Notes under the pieces: model-generated
Database searches by the model: none
Told to the model about the DNA's origin: nothing
What the model saw: the letters and a program-made list of their open reading frames with translations, nothing else
Part shown: positions 48,601-59,770 of the stretch, in pieces
Layout: the number at the start of each line of letters is the position of its first letter
Numbering within the stretch: position 1 is the stretch's first letter
Assembly (NCBI GenBank): GCA_038087875.1
Contig: CM075978.1
Span: forward strand, 177,320,001 to 177,384,000
Source of the DNA: Malacoraja senta
Taxonomy: Eukaryota
DNA length: 64,000 nucleotides
Direction of reading: 5' to 3'
Position numbers and translations under genes: made by a program

Positions 48601-51600
48601 GAATGTGGAAGGCGTCAATCCATTGGGATTTTATAACTGGCAATGGAAGGATTTGTTCTATTGGGATTCAACAGTGAGAATGAATGGGAAAAGTCTGATT
48701 CTCTGAAATTCTACATATGGAATTAATTGGATAGGGTTTGATTCTGAAATACTACATACAGAATGAGGTTTGGAGAGATATGGACCAAACTTGGGCAAAG
48801 GAGTGTAGTTTAGATTGGGCATCTTGGTTGGCATTGGCGAGGGGTAGACTGGTGCAGTCCTGTATAACTTATAATTCTATGAATGGACAGGGTTTGACGC
48901 TCTCCACATTAGAAATAATTTTCTAGTGTTTGAGACGCCATGTGTTCAGGGTGAATGAGGCAAGGTCAGGTACAATGAGATTCCACATGTTGGGAGTGAC
49001 CAGGATGGAGTTTAACCTTTTAATGCATGTGCTAGAAAAAAAACATGGTGTGTATGATTGGTGATGTATTAAATTAACTCCCAAGACTTGGTTGAACAGG
49101 ACCCAACTGTCTATTATACAATATCAGTGACAGTGGCACAGTGGGCATACGGTGGTGAACCAGGTAGAGTCACCTCTTCATAGCTCCAATGACTCGGGTT
49201 CAATCCTGACTACAGCTGCTGTTTGTACGTTATCCCTGTGACCATGTGCTTTTCCACTAGGTGCTAGAGGTGTCCTCTCACATACCAAATACATTAACTG
49301 GTCCCTGTAAATTATCCCTCAGCAGAGATACTTGGCTAAAGAATCAACAGGGATTTGTTTGTGAGTGAGAATAAGTTGTAGGGTTACAGAGAAATAAGAA
49401 TGGGGAAATGAGACTGATGGGACTGCTCTGCCTGGAGACAGCATGGACCCGATGGATGAATGGCCTTCCATTGTGATATCATAAGAAACACACCATGAAC
49501 TTAGGATTTCAATTAATAAATTAAAATTCAAACAAAAATAAGACCTACATGGAAACATAGTGTAACCCTAAATGATTGCAGACTCTCCTGGACTGCCTGG
49601 TTTTAATGGATTAATGTTAATTTGTGGGAATTGAAAAGAATAAAATGAAGCATCTTCAGCACTGACTAAGCGGTCAGCCCTGCGGGTCAGAATGTTGTGA
49701 CAAATTTATCCCCAAACCTTTTACTGCACTTAGTCAGACACAACACTGTAAACTGGTGCTTGAGAGAGGAGTTGATGGCAACTGAACCCCAGGGGGCGAT
49801 GTAGGACAGAGATCTGGATCTGGGAGTCCATCAGAGGTTGGATCGTGGACAGAAGGCACAGAGAAGGAGGGGGACAAAGAGCTCTGCTTGTACCTTTGGC
49901 ATGGTCCTTGTCCAGCTGGTTGGCAGATTTTTTCCAGTCCTCAATCCTCTCTTGTAACGGATTTATCAGGCTCTCCATCAGAGCACTAGGGAGAGAAACA
50001 GGAACATACTAACCACCTGAGAGAAAGGGGGAGAGAGATAAAGCATGGGGAAGGGGGGGGGGAGAGTTGTGAAAAGAGAGGAGGGGAGAGAAAAGGGAGA
50101 GAGTAAGGGAAGAAAGGGAGAGAGGGAGCAGGAGGGGGAGAGGGAAAGAAAATAGAGCAAGAGTGGGAGTTAGTGAGAGAGGAAGGGTGTAAGGGAAGGA
50201 CAAGAGGAAGGGAGGGCGAGAGAGAGGGGGAGGGAGAATGAGGGGGGTAGAGAAAATGGAGAGGAGATAGAAAGATGAGGTAAAGAGAGGAAGTGGAGGA
50301 GAGGGAATGGGAGAGAGAAAGAGGAGGAAGCAAGTGGGAGGGAGCGAGAGGAGTGCGTGACAGAGTATAAGAGAGCGAAAGAAGGTGCAAGAGAGTGAAG
50401 GGTTAAGAGAGAGGATGATAAGAGAGCAAGAGAGAGGGAAACGTGGAAAGAGAAAAAAATGGAGGGGGGGGAAGGGGAAGGATCAAGAGAGGGATGGAAC
50501 AAGTGGGATGGTGCAAGTGGGATGAAGCAAGAGTGGAAAGGGAGGTAGCAACAGAGAAAGGGAGGAAGGTTGGAAGGGAGCAATATGGAGAGGGGAGAGT
50601 GAGAGGGAGGGGGAGGAGAAAGTGAGGGCGAGGGAGGCAAGGGAGTGAGAGGCAGAAATGGGGGGAAGGAGAAAAAGAGGGAGGGAGGAGAAAGAGGTGG
50701 AGGAAGAAGAGAAAGAAAGAGAAAAACGGGAGAGGGGATGGGAGGAGAGAAAGGGAAGGAGATGGGAGGAAGGGAGGAGGGGAAGAGAGAGGGTTAGGGC
50801 AGGGAGGGGGTGAGAGAGAAAGAAAAAAAAGGGAGAGACAGGAAAGAGAGGGAGGGAGGAGCAAGAGTACTGCCAAAGGTTTTGCGTAGTAAGGAGGCCT
50901 CATTCATGAACATGGAAACTGTTTTGAGATAAGCTTGCTGACTCTTCACATGGTTTGATAGGAATCCCAGTCTGGTGTACTCGCACCTGAAGCCTGCCGC
51001 GTCTGCAGTAGTTCACAGGGATTCTCCCCTCACTGCTCATCTCCCAGCTCACTCCTCAGTCGGCTGCTGCATCACTGGTCATTCTTAGGGATTAGTGGGA
51101 AGTGGCAGACAAATACAACACAACCTGTTCCCATGATGGGGATGTCTACCTAATTTCCTTCCCCCTTGCCCCAGAGAAGCACTGTAGAAGCCCTTACATT
51201 CTTTAGATCCTCAGTCAGACATCCATTGTAGAACCCTCGACTCACTCCCCCACCCCAATGTGCCACCTCCACCCCAGGCCCGAATGAATTCCATGCATTG
51301 GCCAGTCCGAGATCAGGCAACTGATCTTCTTGAACGGATCACACACCATACTTGGGACTGGAAATATCTTGCTCACTCTCTGTTGTCCCTGAGTTGTATC
51401 TTGATTCATCTAACCAACCCACACTCCGGAAGCTCCTTCATCTGAGGGGGTGAGGAAGCGGTCACTCTTGCTTCCCAAGGCGAGTGGGGATGTGCGATAA
51501 ACGCTGGCCTCACCAGTGAACCCCTAAACCCTTCGCCCACCAAACCCCAGAGATCAGTTCATCGCCGCTGAATAACAAGGCACTGACTTGGTGAAATGGC

Positions 51601-51672
51601 GGAGCTTGGCTTCGATGCTTCGATGTCTCATACACATCCGGGTCAACGCCGAGCCGATGTCCCGTGTGGCAC
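23943..51672 (-). CDS. MTSS2: MTSS2 (MTSS1L/ABBA) I-BAR and WH2 domain protein, 5'-partial multi-exon CDS
   Basis: Spliced translation GATRDIGSALTRMCMRHRSIEAKLRHFT-NALMESLINPLQERIEDWKK...EDMLTAIRRGVKLRRTVTNDRSAPRIL*. It has MTSS2-type motifs (ELLGKGD, SDYDCYSVNGD, LAANRHSLVEK, terminal APRIL). All exons have GT-AG boundaries in compatible phase. Confidence 0.95.
24960..25285 (-). mobile_element. V-domain (HE1-like) SINE, degenerate
   Basis: tRNA-like head and V-domain GGAGTTTGCAC...TTCCTCCCACATTCC. Confidence 0.6.
26366..26531 (-). CDS. MTSS2: MTSS2 coding exon (166 nt; HGEEISTAASDLAMVLTRGLSLEHQKSSRDSLQYSSGYSTQTTTPSCSEDTIPSQ)
   Basis: Acceptor taacag|CAT, donor CAAG|gtactt. Confidence 0.93.
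27010..27186 (-). CDS. MTSS2: MTSS2 coding exon (177 nt; DWSKPGPYDQPVVNTLQRRKE...AASLAAK)
   Basis: Acceptor ttctag|GAC, donor AAG|gtacag. Confidence 0.92.
28301..28492 (-). CDS. MTSS2: Probable alternative MTSS2 exon (192 nt; FMPGYVYYHLPSE...SSTIPSWK), homologous to the MTSS1 LSNG...SSQIPSWK exon
   Basis: Acceptor tctgcag|TTC, donor AAG|gtttgt, phase 0-0, 64 open codons, ends IPSWK just upstream of the DWSK exon. Confidence 0.8.
30310..30870 (+). mobile_element. Rex1-like LINE 3' fragment
   Basis: KRLQRLVD..., RFRN-like sequence and (GACTT)n tail. Confidence 0.65.
32306..32425 (-). CDS. MTSS2: MTSS2 coding exon KSSSSASSEASETCQSVSECSSPTS(VSSSSTAGAWSGGEK); 75 or 120 nt depending on donor
   Basis: Acceptor atgcag|AAG; donors TCG|gttagt (exon end 32351) and AAG|gtgaat (exon end 32306), both phase 0. 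Confidence 0.88.
33431..33681. mobile_element. PIF/Harbinger-type MITE
   Basis: 3-bp TSD TTA; long TIRs AGGGCCTGTCCCACTTGGCGATTTTTTTC... of about 75 bp. Confidence 0.88.
33890..34175 (-). mobile_element. V-domain (HE1-like) SINE
   Basis: GGCATCACAGTGGTGCAGCGGCAGAGTTGCTGCC head and V domain. Confidence 0.65.
34388..34598 (-). CDS. MTSS2: MTSS2 coding exon (211 nt; Ser-rich, ...RYRSLAQP...RLSSVSSHDSGFISQDAMYSKPPSPMPSDITSQ)
   Basis: Acceptor ccccag|CAG (NAGNAG), donor CAG|gtaagc. Confidence 0.92.
34745..35125 (+). mobile_element. CR1 LINE 3' end
   Basis: LIETSKILKGLGRLDAGKLF...SRTRGHSLRIRG. Confidence 0.8.
36055..36152 (-). CDS. MTSS2: MTSS2 coding exon (98 nt; VIKDLKGSDYSWSYQTPPSSPSSSGSRKSSMC)
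   Basis: Acceptor cctgcag|GTG, donor TGTAG|gtgtgt. Confidence 0.92.
36420..37836 (-). mobile_element. Tc1/mariner (DD34E) DNA transposon, one end deleted
   Basis: TA|CAGTGGCTTGCAAAAG terminus with IR/DR structure; transposase HTH (37291..37656) and DDE domain (36638..37225): WSDETK, QQDNDPKH, SPDLNPIE with 34-aa D-E spacing. Confidence 0.93.
36638..37656 (-). pseudogene. Tc1 transposase pseudogene (one stop and one 1-bp deletion)
   Basis: TAG after RKPL (37291-37293) and a frameshift at NM/W (about 37224); otherwise open. Confidence 0.88.
37840..38575 (+). mobile_element. CR1 LINE 3' fragment (continuation of the CR1 piece at about 36360-36419)
   Basis: CEMLHF, PHLEYCVQF motifs and CR1 tail. 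Confidence 0.78.
39603..39710 (-). CDS. MTSS2: MTSS2 coding exon (108 nt; DGEIAMLGEITHLQAIVDDLVVQTAEPHKLPPASEQ)
   Basis: Acceptor tctccag|GAT, donor CAG|gtaagg; overlaps ORF 39540..39827. Confidence 0.93.
40802..40959 (-). CDS. MTSS2: MTSS2 coding exon (158 nt; GKGDLRPQVENAVQDVNDMYLLLEETEKQAVRKALIEERGRFCTFITFLQPVV)
   Basis: Acceptor ctccag|GTAAGG, donor GTG|gtaagg. Confidence 0.93.
41740..42762 (+). mobile_element. CR1 LINE 3' fragment with a nested Rex1-like tail insertion (about 42324-42479)
   Basis: ORFs 41746..42018 and 42026..42445; nested piece has a (CAAGT)n tail and CATAGGT duplication. Confidence 0.82.
43520..44062 (+). mobile_element. CR1 LINE 3' fragment
   Basis: LYRTLVRPHLEYCVQFW motif. 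Confidence 0.78.
45575..45995 (+). mobile_element. CR1 LINE 3' fragment
   Basis: GDLVEV..IMRG, WNKLPEEVVEA-like sequence. Confidence 0.72.
46514..46683. mobile_element. Penelope-derived palindromic element containing a hammerhead ribozyme motif
   Basis: 78-bp inverted arms (46514-46591 and 46606-46683); plus strand gggt-CTGAAGA-a-GGGTCtcGACCC-GAAA-CATC-accc. Confidence 0.72.
47353..47361 (-). CDS. MTSS2: MTSS2 9-nt microexon (AACTTCTCG, encodes ELL)
   Basis: Long polypyrimidine tract then ctgtag|AACTTCTCG|gtaagt; phase 1-1; restores KKARK-ELL-GKGD as in human MTSS2. Confidence 0.88.
47650..47990. repeat. Degenerate minisatellite (about 33-bp unit, GGGCAGTG...GGGTAATGCCC...GTCCAGAG)
   Basis: About 9-10 diverged units. 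Confidence 0.65.
48134..48208 (-). CDS. MTSS2: MTSS2 coding exon (75 nt; EYKRARHEIKKKSSDTLKLQKKARK)
   Basis: Acceptor cttcag|AGTAT, donor AAAG|gtgagt; basic tip of the I-BAR domain. Confidence 0.93.
48330..48740. repeat. Degenerate minisatellite (about 35-bp unit, AATCCATTGGGATTC core)
   Basis: About 10 diverged units. Confidence 0.65.
49894..49985 (-). CDS. MTSS2: MTSS2 coding exon (92 nt; NALMESLINPLQERIEDWKKSANQLDKDHAK)
   Basis: Acceptor ccctag|TGCT, donor AAAG|gtacaa; overlaps ORF 49730..49978. Confidence 0.93.
50020..50860 (+). repeat. About 840-bp GA-rich polypurine low-complexity tract
   Basis: Almost exclusively G/A on the plus strand. Confidence 0.9.
51588..51672 (-). CDS. MTSS2: MTSS2 coding exon (85 nt; I-BAR: GATRDIGSALTRMCMRHRSIEAKLRHFT)
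   Basis: Acceptor ttccccag|GTGCC, donor ACCAA|gtcagt; translation matches the IMD/I-BAR domain. Confidence 0.93.
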
Positions 51673-51789
51673 CTGGGGAAAGAAAACACTTTGGGTCAGG
51701 CAATTCCAACCGTGGCCAGCAGTGGTCAAGCCTTGGCTTCCCATCACAGCTCCTGGAAGGGGAATAAATCAGACAAGAAAACCCCCACA

Positions 51790-52440
51790 AAGTGTGGAGT
51801 AACTCAGCAGGTCAGGCAGCATCTCTGGAGGACAGGAACAGGTGACATTTTAGGCCAGGAACCTTCTTCAGACTGAATGTATTAGGGGGTCAGGGGGAGA
51901 AAGCTGGAAAAGAGGTGGGGATGGTACAAAGCCTGGTGAGTGATAGGTGGATACAGGTGAGGGGGGGGGCAGGGGGTTGATTAGCAATTGGATGGACAAA
52001 GGCGAAAAATGAAAAGATGTAAAATAAGAAGGGAAGAGGGTAAAATGTAAAACCAGACGAATGGATAAACATGAAAGTGGAAGGGGAAGTAATGGTGGGG
52101 GGGGGGGCAGGGTAGTGGGAGAAGTGGGCTCACACCAAGGTGGGGCACAGGGGAGAGGGGGAATTCAATGTTCATACTGTTTGATTGAAAGCTACTCAAG
52201 TGGAATATGAGATGCTGTTCCTCCAGAATGCGTGTAGTGGCCTCACTGCCATTGGAAGAGCCCCAGGGCAGAAAGGTCAGAAGTCAGTGGGGGAATGGGA
52301 GGATGTTAAAATGGTTGACAACCTTGAGACAATGCAGTCTAGAGGACAAAGCTCAAATGTCCGGCAAAATGGTTATCTACGCGTGGTCTTGTCAATGTAA
52401 AGGAGGCCACATTGGGAGGAACAAATATAGTAGATGCTAG
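51790..52440 (-). mobile_element. Penelope-like retroelement 3' fragment (GIY-YIG endonuclease C-terminus and terminal repeat)
   Basis: Decayed IYYIC..QCGLLYI..T, HFN, LEEQHLIFHLSSFQSNSMNIEF followed by a terminal repeat with degenerate hammerhead CTGAAGAAGG. Confidence 0.72.
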
Positions 52441-52679
52441 TCGAGATGTGATTTAATTCAGCTGGCGCATCGCTTTGTGCCCGAGTGCTGATTTGCTCAG
52501 ACAGACCACACTCAAGGGGCATCACTGTCTATCTACCAATCTTGTCCCGAGAACAGAGGTTGGCATCGATGACATTAAACAACATGGCAACTGTTGCCAA
52601 TGCGGGTGGTTTCAGGAGTGGGGGATCTGCCACGATCCTTGCTCCCGAGAGCGGTCCCTATGGGCTTGGGATGTCAGGC

Positions 52680-52760
52680 AGGTTAAAAGCTCATCCCAGT
52701 GACGGCACCTCCGACACTGCGGCACTCTCTCACAGCTGCAGCATTGACCTTGAGGTAGCC
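52680..52760. mobile_element. Possible ancient Deu/AmnSINE-like relic
   Basis: GACGGCACCTCCGACACTGCGGCACTCTCTCA resembles a recalled DeuSINE-family conserved block. Confidence 0.35.
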
Positions 52761-55484
52761 GGTGTAATGGTTTGATGAATACTTTAGTATGTCTCGAAGC
52801 TGCTGCTGTGAAAGTCTTGCAGTTACACGGGGATTTCTACAGCCCAGACTAATGATATGCCTAAAACAAGATCCAGATCTCCAGCGATACACAATTCTAT
52901 CACTGCGACTCCATTGCTGTATTGCCTAAACCTCTCTCTGTAATTCGCTTACACATGCACTTCCCAGCAATTCTGTGGATGGAAATGTACTGAGGTGTAC
53001 ATTTACTTTAGGCACATGTTCCTGTGTCCAGACACATGTCCCTGTTTATCGACACATGTTCCTGCGTTTAGACCCACTCAGGTGGTAGATTTTCAATCAC
53101 CTCCACAGTTCAGTGGTAGTTAAATATTGATATTGCCAGTGATGTCCATATCCAGAGAATGAATAAATAAAAGAAAACGCATAGCTCAGTACATTGCTAT
53201 CCTTCGCTACATTATCTCCACATCAGAGGGAGGTCATTCCAACATATTGGGTCCATGCAAGTTCCCAGGAGATTAACTCATCAGTCTTATTCTTGCTCTC
53301 TTATTTCTCTGTCTACGATTTATTCTCCCTCACACATGCCTATCAACTCCTCTTTAATTTTTTTTACCATCAATCTACGGTGAGTAGTAATTAACAGTGA
53401 CCAATAACCCACCACACAGAGTGGATTTCTATGTGTGCAATTCTCTCTATCACTCTTATCTGCATGGCTCCCTCTCCAAAAAGTGCGTCCGAGCAAACTC
53501 TCAAGCCATTGGGAACCTTCCTTGATGATACAGTACAGTAGCACTGTTTGACAGTGCTGGAGACTTGGGTTCAATCCGAACCTCAGGCTCTGTCTGTGTG
53601 AAGTTTGCTCGTTATCCCTATGACCACATGGGTTTCCCCTGGGTGCTCCGGTTTCCAAAAGATATGCAAGTTGGTTGGTTAATTGATCACTGTAAATTGT
53701 CCCTAGTGTTTAGGTAGGTGGTAGAATCGGGGAGGGAGTTGGAATGCAAGGAGAATAAAAATGAAAGCAGTATAAAAGGGTGGTTGATGTGAAGGGTGGG
53801 CTGAAGGGCCTGTTTCTGTTCTGGGCGTCTCCAAGATACCTGATATCTCTTATCCACTCCCCCAACACACCTCTTCATCCTACCACTCCTCGGCCATGGA
53901 GCAGTCATTGAGCATGTATGTAATAAGAGCAAAAGGTTTATGCTAAAATGATGGCTGGAATCGTAATGAACAATTCCCTTTCCCTTGAAATCGGAGTTAG
54001 TATGTTTCAAGGCAATAGGAAGTGTACTTTCCATGATGTAAATGGAATATTCTAATTTGGAGCAAAGGAGGCCCCCTGTCTCCAAAACAGTCGCCGATTT
54101 AGCACTTGGCAACCTCACAGCCTTCTCTGGGAAAAGCCTCCAAATTGGTGGGGAAGTGGTTGATGAAAAATTCTGGAATTTTCTTCATGCTATAAATAAC
54201 CAACTTGATCCGAACTGCTCCAGAGGAAATCGGAAACAGCTGTTCCTCCACGGATATTTTGACACAGGATATATTGGGAGGAGACGAAATGAGTTAGACC
54301 TCGGGGCTGTTATACTATCTCAGCAAAGTCTCTGAGAGGTTTTTGTGCGAAAAACAGCAATGATGCTATTGACATAGTTTAATACAACTAGAGGCAAAAT
54401 TACTGCAGTTCCTTTCTTTATAGACATCTATTATAAGAGTTCCCATCCAGTAGATCTCACCTACAGAGTTTCAAGTGAAGTTTAAATCTATACCTCTAGT
54501 AACATTAGATAATTTGTTGTTAAATCTGTGTCACCCTATCTGTACGTAATCTGTGGTATACATTCCCTGGAAATGTTTGACGGGATACTGTAGAGCAAAA
54601 CAGATACACAGTCTTCCCACCTGGTGAATGTTTCAAGTACTCTGTCAAGAAGAGATTTACTCTGAACTTCAACCTAATCCTGGGACTGTGACACAATGAC
54701 TGGACAGTGTAGAGGGTGCGGTATCAGTTTCCTTCCTGCCTCTGAACACAAACTAGTTCACATTTGTGTTTAAAATCCCACAAACTATTTACATTAACTT
54801 TATAAATGGATGATAACTGATGATATGTTAACGCTGAGTAATGAATAACATTACGCAAAAAACTAAGTGCAGGAGACTGAGGAAGGGTCCCGACCAGAAA
54901 CGTCATCTGTCCATTTTCCCCCACAGATATTGCCTGACTCATTGAGGCAGAGGGACGGTTGACATTTTGAGTCCTGATGCATGGTCTTGACCCGAAAAAC
55001 GTACCACCCCTCTGTCTCCACAGATATTGTCTGACCTGCAGTTTGTTTTTGCTCAAGATTCCAACATCTGCAGTCTGTGTTTCCAATGAAAGACATTACT
55101 TGTCATGAACATTTTTACAAGAACGTCCTGTGTTTATTTATTCCAATACTTTTTTTAACAAGTTAAGTATGTTTTGAAATAGAAATAAATGTCTCCCTTC
55201 TTGGTGAAAGTTTGATGTACAGTGCAGGGGGAGCTGCACACACAGTCTCCCTGCTTGGTGATTGTTTGAGATACATAGTGCGAGAGGATTTACTCTGTAT
55301 CTAACTTATCTTGTCTGATGCAATAACTGAATAGTGTAGACGGAACTTTACTGCACCTTTCTTAGCAGATCACTTTATGCATGACAAAATAAAATTGCTG
55401 GAGCAATGCAGCAGGAATACAACATTTATGGGGGCAGAGGGACATTTGACATTTAGAGTTGATGCATGGTATTGACCCGACACA

Positions 55485-56500
55485 TTGACTGTCCGTATTG
55501 GGGTAAATGTGTCATCCTCGATAACAATAAGCACGGGAGCACCTCAAGGCTGCTTGCTCAGCCCCCTGCTATACTCACTCTATACTCATGACTGCGTAGC
55601 CGGACATAGTGCGAACTCCATCATCAAGTTCGCCGACAACACCACTGTTGTGGGATGTATCAGAGTCAGAGTATAGAAGCGAGATCGACCGATTGACCAA
55701 ATGGTGCCAGCACAATAACCTGGCACTCAACACCAGCAAAACCAACGAACTGATTGTGGACTTCGGAAGGGGTAGGATGGGGACCCACAGTCCCGTTCAT
55801 ATCAACGGGTCGATGGTGGAAAGGGACAAGAACTTCAAATTCCTGGGTGTGCATATTTCTGAAGATCTCTCCTGGTCCCAGAACACTGATGCAATCATAA
55901 GGAAAGCACATCAGTGCCTCTACTTCCTGAGAAGATTACGGAGAGTCGGTATGTCAAGGAGGACTCTCTCGAACTTCTACAGGTGCTCAGTAGAGAGCAT
56001 GGTGACCGGTTGCATCGTGGCTTGGTACGGCAACCTGAGCGTCCAGGAGCGGAAAAGGCTGCAAAAAGTTGTAAACACTGCCCAGTCCATCAACGGCTCT
56101 GACCTCCCTACCATCGCGGGGATCTATCGCAGTCGCTGCCTCAAAAAGGCTGCCAGCATCATCAAGGACCCACACCATCCTGGCCACACACTCATTTCTC
56201 CGCTGCCATCAGGTAGAAGGTACAGGAGCCTGAAATCTGCAACATCCAGGTTCAGGAACAGCTACTTCTCCACAGCCATCAGACTATTAAACACAACTTC
56301 AAACAAACTCTGAACTATAACAGCCTATTGCACTTTATCTGTTTATTTATGTGTGTATATATATATTCTATGGTATATGGACACACTGATCTGATCTGTA
56401 TTTATGCCTACAATATTCTGTCGTGCTGCAGAAAGCAAGAATTTCATTGTCCTATCTGGGACACATGACAATAAACTCTCTGGACTTGATTTGACTTGAC
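55485..56500 (+). mobile_element. Rex1/Babar-like LINE RT 3' fragment
   Basis: GAPQGCLLSPLLYSLYTHDC, IKFADNTTVVG, WCQHNNLALN.SKT.EL.VDF, FKFLGVHISEDLSW; (GACTT)n tail. Confidence 0.88.
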
Positions 56501-57603
56501 TCCTCTGCCTCCACGCTGACCATCCTTGCCTGAATTGTCTCAGCAGTTGTTTTCTTTTTGCACCATGTTACAGCATCTACGGCCTCTTGTGTTATCATGT
56601 TATGTGTGAATTTGATCATAGACCCTCTGGAACTTTGTGGCATTTTATTTTGTTATAACTTCCAAAGTATTCCTCCGTTCCCAGCAGAGGTTACGAAGTA
56701 TGTGAGAAATTCCTTGTAGATGTATGAGATTTTTTACTGCAAGAGAAAAGTAAAGTTTCTCCACTCAGAAGCCAAAGAGAATTTGTCCAGATATTTGACC
56801 TCCTGTATTCTCATTCCCTTGTGCTCACACACATGGAAGTAAAGATGCCCAGAGGCACACTACATACACAAACCAAGTGTCCACAAGGAATGACCAGTTC
56901 CCAATAGTGCAGGCCCTATTGCAGTCTCACAGCAGATATGTTAGCAGACTATAGCAGTCTATAGGAGTATAACCCCACATAGCAGCTACGAGCCAGTTAG
57001 CCTCGACTAGTCTGACTCAACCCCAAGCACTGTCTGTGGCCCTTCAGCAGTACAGGAAAGAGGATGACGAACCTGTGGCATTGGGCCTGGCACATCTCTG
57101 ACTGTTGACTGACCTTGACCTAGGGAACCTCCCTTTGCCATGACCTGTCTTCCCACTTTGAATCTTTGTTTATCCCTCTCACCCATCATGCCTGTCCTCA
57201 CACAGATGCAGAGTTGTACGTCATTATTAGTATGTCAGGAAGGGGGAAAGTGGAAGCAGATTGTCACCAAAGGATTTTTATAGATGGATGAGTGGGCACG
57301 AAATGCAAGCCATCTACAAACAAGCAATCAAAATATTTTCTATTTGGCAAGAACAAAGCTTGGAGGTCCAAGTGAAAAATCCAGAGAATTTAGTGGACAA
57401 TGGACAATTTGCCAAACAGAATTAAAAGGGCTAATGGAACATTGCTTTTTTTCTCATGGAGACTGGAATACAAAGACCTGAACACATTACTATTATAACA
57501 CTGATTGGACAATAGTTTAAGGATTGGAATTCAGCTCTAATTAGTCTCAGTGAGGACGTAACGGCTTTAGACTGATTTGTGGAAGACTTTGACCAGCATT
57601 AAG

Positions 57604-58634
57604 TAGGTATGTTACAAAACTTACCTTCAGTCGCGCTGTAATTCTGCCACTGGCCGTGTGCGCGATTTTGGCGCCTTTAAGGGGGGGCGGGGTTAAAACG
57701 CGGGTTTCTCCTCCCTTGTCCTGGTTAATATTTTGTTGGAGTACAAGCGTTGGCTGAAGAATCGTTCCTAGTGGCGTTTTGTGTATTTTTTATTTTTATT
57801 AAATCGTCAATGTCAGCGCTAGAGTAATTTTAAAGCAGCTCCTGAAGCGTCAACGCCGATAACGGGGACGGATTTCACACACGGGACAGGTAAACGAAAG
57901 TGGTTTCTTTAAATGTATAAAAGTGCTTCTTAAGAAGCCTTTAATTCACATTTTTTCATGCGACACGGTGATTTTATTCCACGAACTAACGGCAGTATTT
58001 TTCATGCCAATACGGGGTTAAATTCACCGCAAATGAACGTTCAAAAGATCGCGTTCCAGAAATCCTCACTCACAAGATGATTAAATGCCCATTAATTTAC
58101 AGGTATTAAACATTCACCATTTGGCCTGTAAATTCATGAAAATGAGATTTAAAAATTATGTTATATTGTGAATTATTGTGTGAATGTTATTTGGACACTT
58201 AGGCTATTTAAAAATGTTAATCTATTCTTAAGAAATTGATAGATGTTTAGATCTAGTAATTGAATTTTGTAATTAGCTACAATTAGGTAACTAACTAATT
58301 ATATGCTTTACTTTCATGTCTTCTAAGTAAGATTGTTTCATATTTGTTTCAGAATGCTTCAATCTATAATAACTGAAAAATTATTTCAGTTATCTTAATT
58401 TTTAAGAAAGTTATGGGCTTTTGGCTGTCCTCGATCACAGCTTTTGTGTTAAGTCAATGGAAAAGCAATAGGGAACAAGATGCTAATTTCCGAGTATGAA
58501 AATGGCAATAACTTCTTTAATACTGAAGATATGAAAGTGAATTAGGTGTCAAATTAAACTTCTTTTTATGCTTTATCTGATGGGATAAATTGCAGACTTT
58601 ATTTTTAAAATCTCAAAATTTTGTAACATTGCTA
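57604..58634. mobile_element. 1031-bp non-autonomous DNA transposon with 7-bp TSD
   Basis: TSD CATTAAG (57597-57603 and 58635-58641); TIR TAGGTATGTTACAAAA / TTTTGTAACATTGCTA (14 of 16 match). Confidence 0.82.
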
Positions 58635-59499
58635 CATTAAGCCACGGTTAAAAGGGCATCTCTTGAGCAACTTTTCCAAAACAATTTAAAAAAAATTGTG
58701 ATCTGGGCATCGATGCCTTTATTGACCATCTCTAATTGCCTTTAAATTGAGTGCCCATTTCAGAGGGCATTAAAAGTGGATATGGAGATATACAGGAGCA
58801 GATTGTGAATTTCAGATTTCTTTCCAAAGGGCATTAGTGCACCCGACACGTTTTAAGACAAACCAGTTGGTTTGCGGTCATTCTTGTTGCTGGAATGTTT
58901 CATTCCAGAATTTTAACACGAAAGCAGCTGTGGTGGGATCTATGGATCGTTAGTCCAGGCATTCGGATTACCATTGCCATTCCGAGCCTTTCCCCATTTT
59001 TATTTCAGCATTTTAGGAATTAAAGACTGAAAATACTGAGCCATGGTGGCGGCATAGTGAAGAAACAAGTGGTGTCTCTGCCTCACAGCTCCAACCTGGA
59101 TTCAACCTCGATAGTGTAGCTTGGAGCTTGCGTGTTATCTCTAGGACTGCGCGGATTTCCCTCAGGGGATCCAGTTTCCTCCGACATGCCAAAGATGTGC
59201 TGGCAGGCTAATTAAATGCTGTAAATTGGTAAATTGCCCCTGGAGTAGATAAGGAGCAAAAGACTCAAAGTTGATGGACATGAGAAAGGGAGAAAATAAG
59301 TTGCTGGGCTAGAGGGAATTGGACAGATGGAATACCTTTATAGTTAGACGGCACATACCCATTGGGCTGAATGGTCTCTTTCTGTATCATCGGAAAAATA
59401 GAAATAAGCGGGTGTGTAGATCTGCACCAAACCGTGAAAGCTCAGACAATGGAGATTTTCTCCTTGTGCTTGCTATTAGTTTTTAGTTTTGGTTATGCT

Positions 59500-59770
59500 G
59501 GGCGGAAACAGGCCCTTTGGCCCATCGAGTTCGCGTCGACCAGCAATCCCCGCACACTAACGCTATCCTACATACACTAGGGTAAATTTACAAACATATC
59601 AAGCCAATTAATCTACAAACCTATACGTCTTTGGAGTGTGGGAGGAAACCGGAGATCCCTGAAAAACCCCACGCAGGTACAAACTCTGTACAGCCAAGCA
59701 CCTGTAGTCAGTATTGAACCCAGGTCTCTGGTGCTTTAGGGCAGTAACTCTACCGCTGCGCCACCGTGCC
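59500..59770 (-). mobile_element. V-domain (HE1-like) SINE
   Basis: GGCACGGTGGCGCAGCGGTAGAG A box, GGGTTCAATAC B box, V domain. Confidence 0.72.

Noticed and set aside
47650-48740. Periodic 33-35 bp repeats superficially like CRISPR arrays
   Set aside because: Units are degenerate tandem copies without unique spacers, in a vertebrate intron, and no cas genes are present; these are minisatellites.
49978-50903. Long Pro/Leu/Ser-rich ORFs on the minus strand
   Set aside because: Artefact of the stop-poor polypyrimidine tract.
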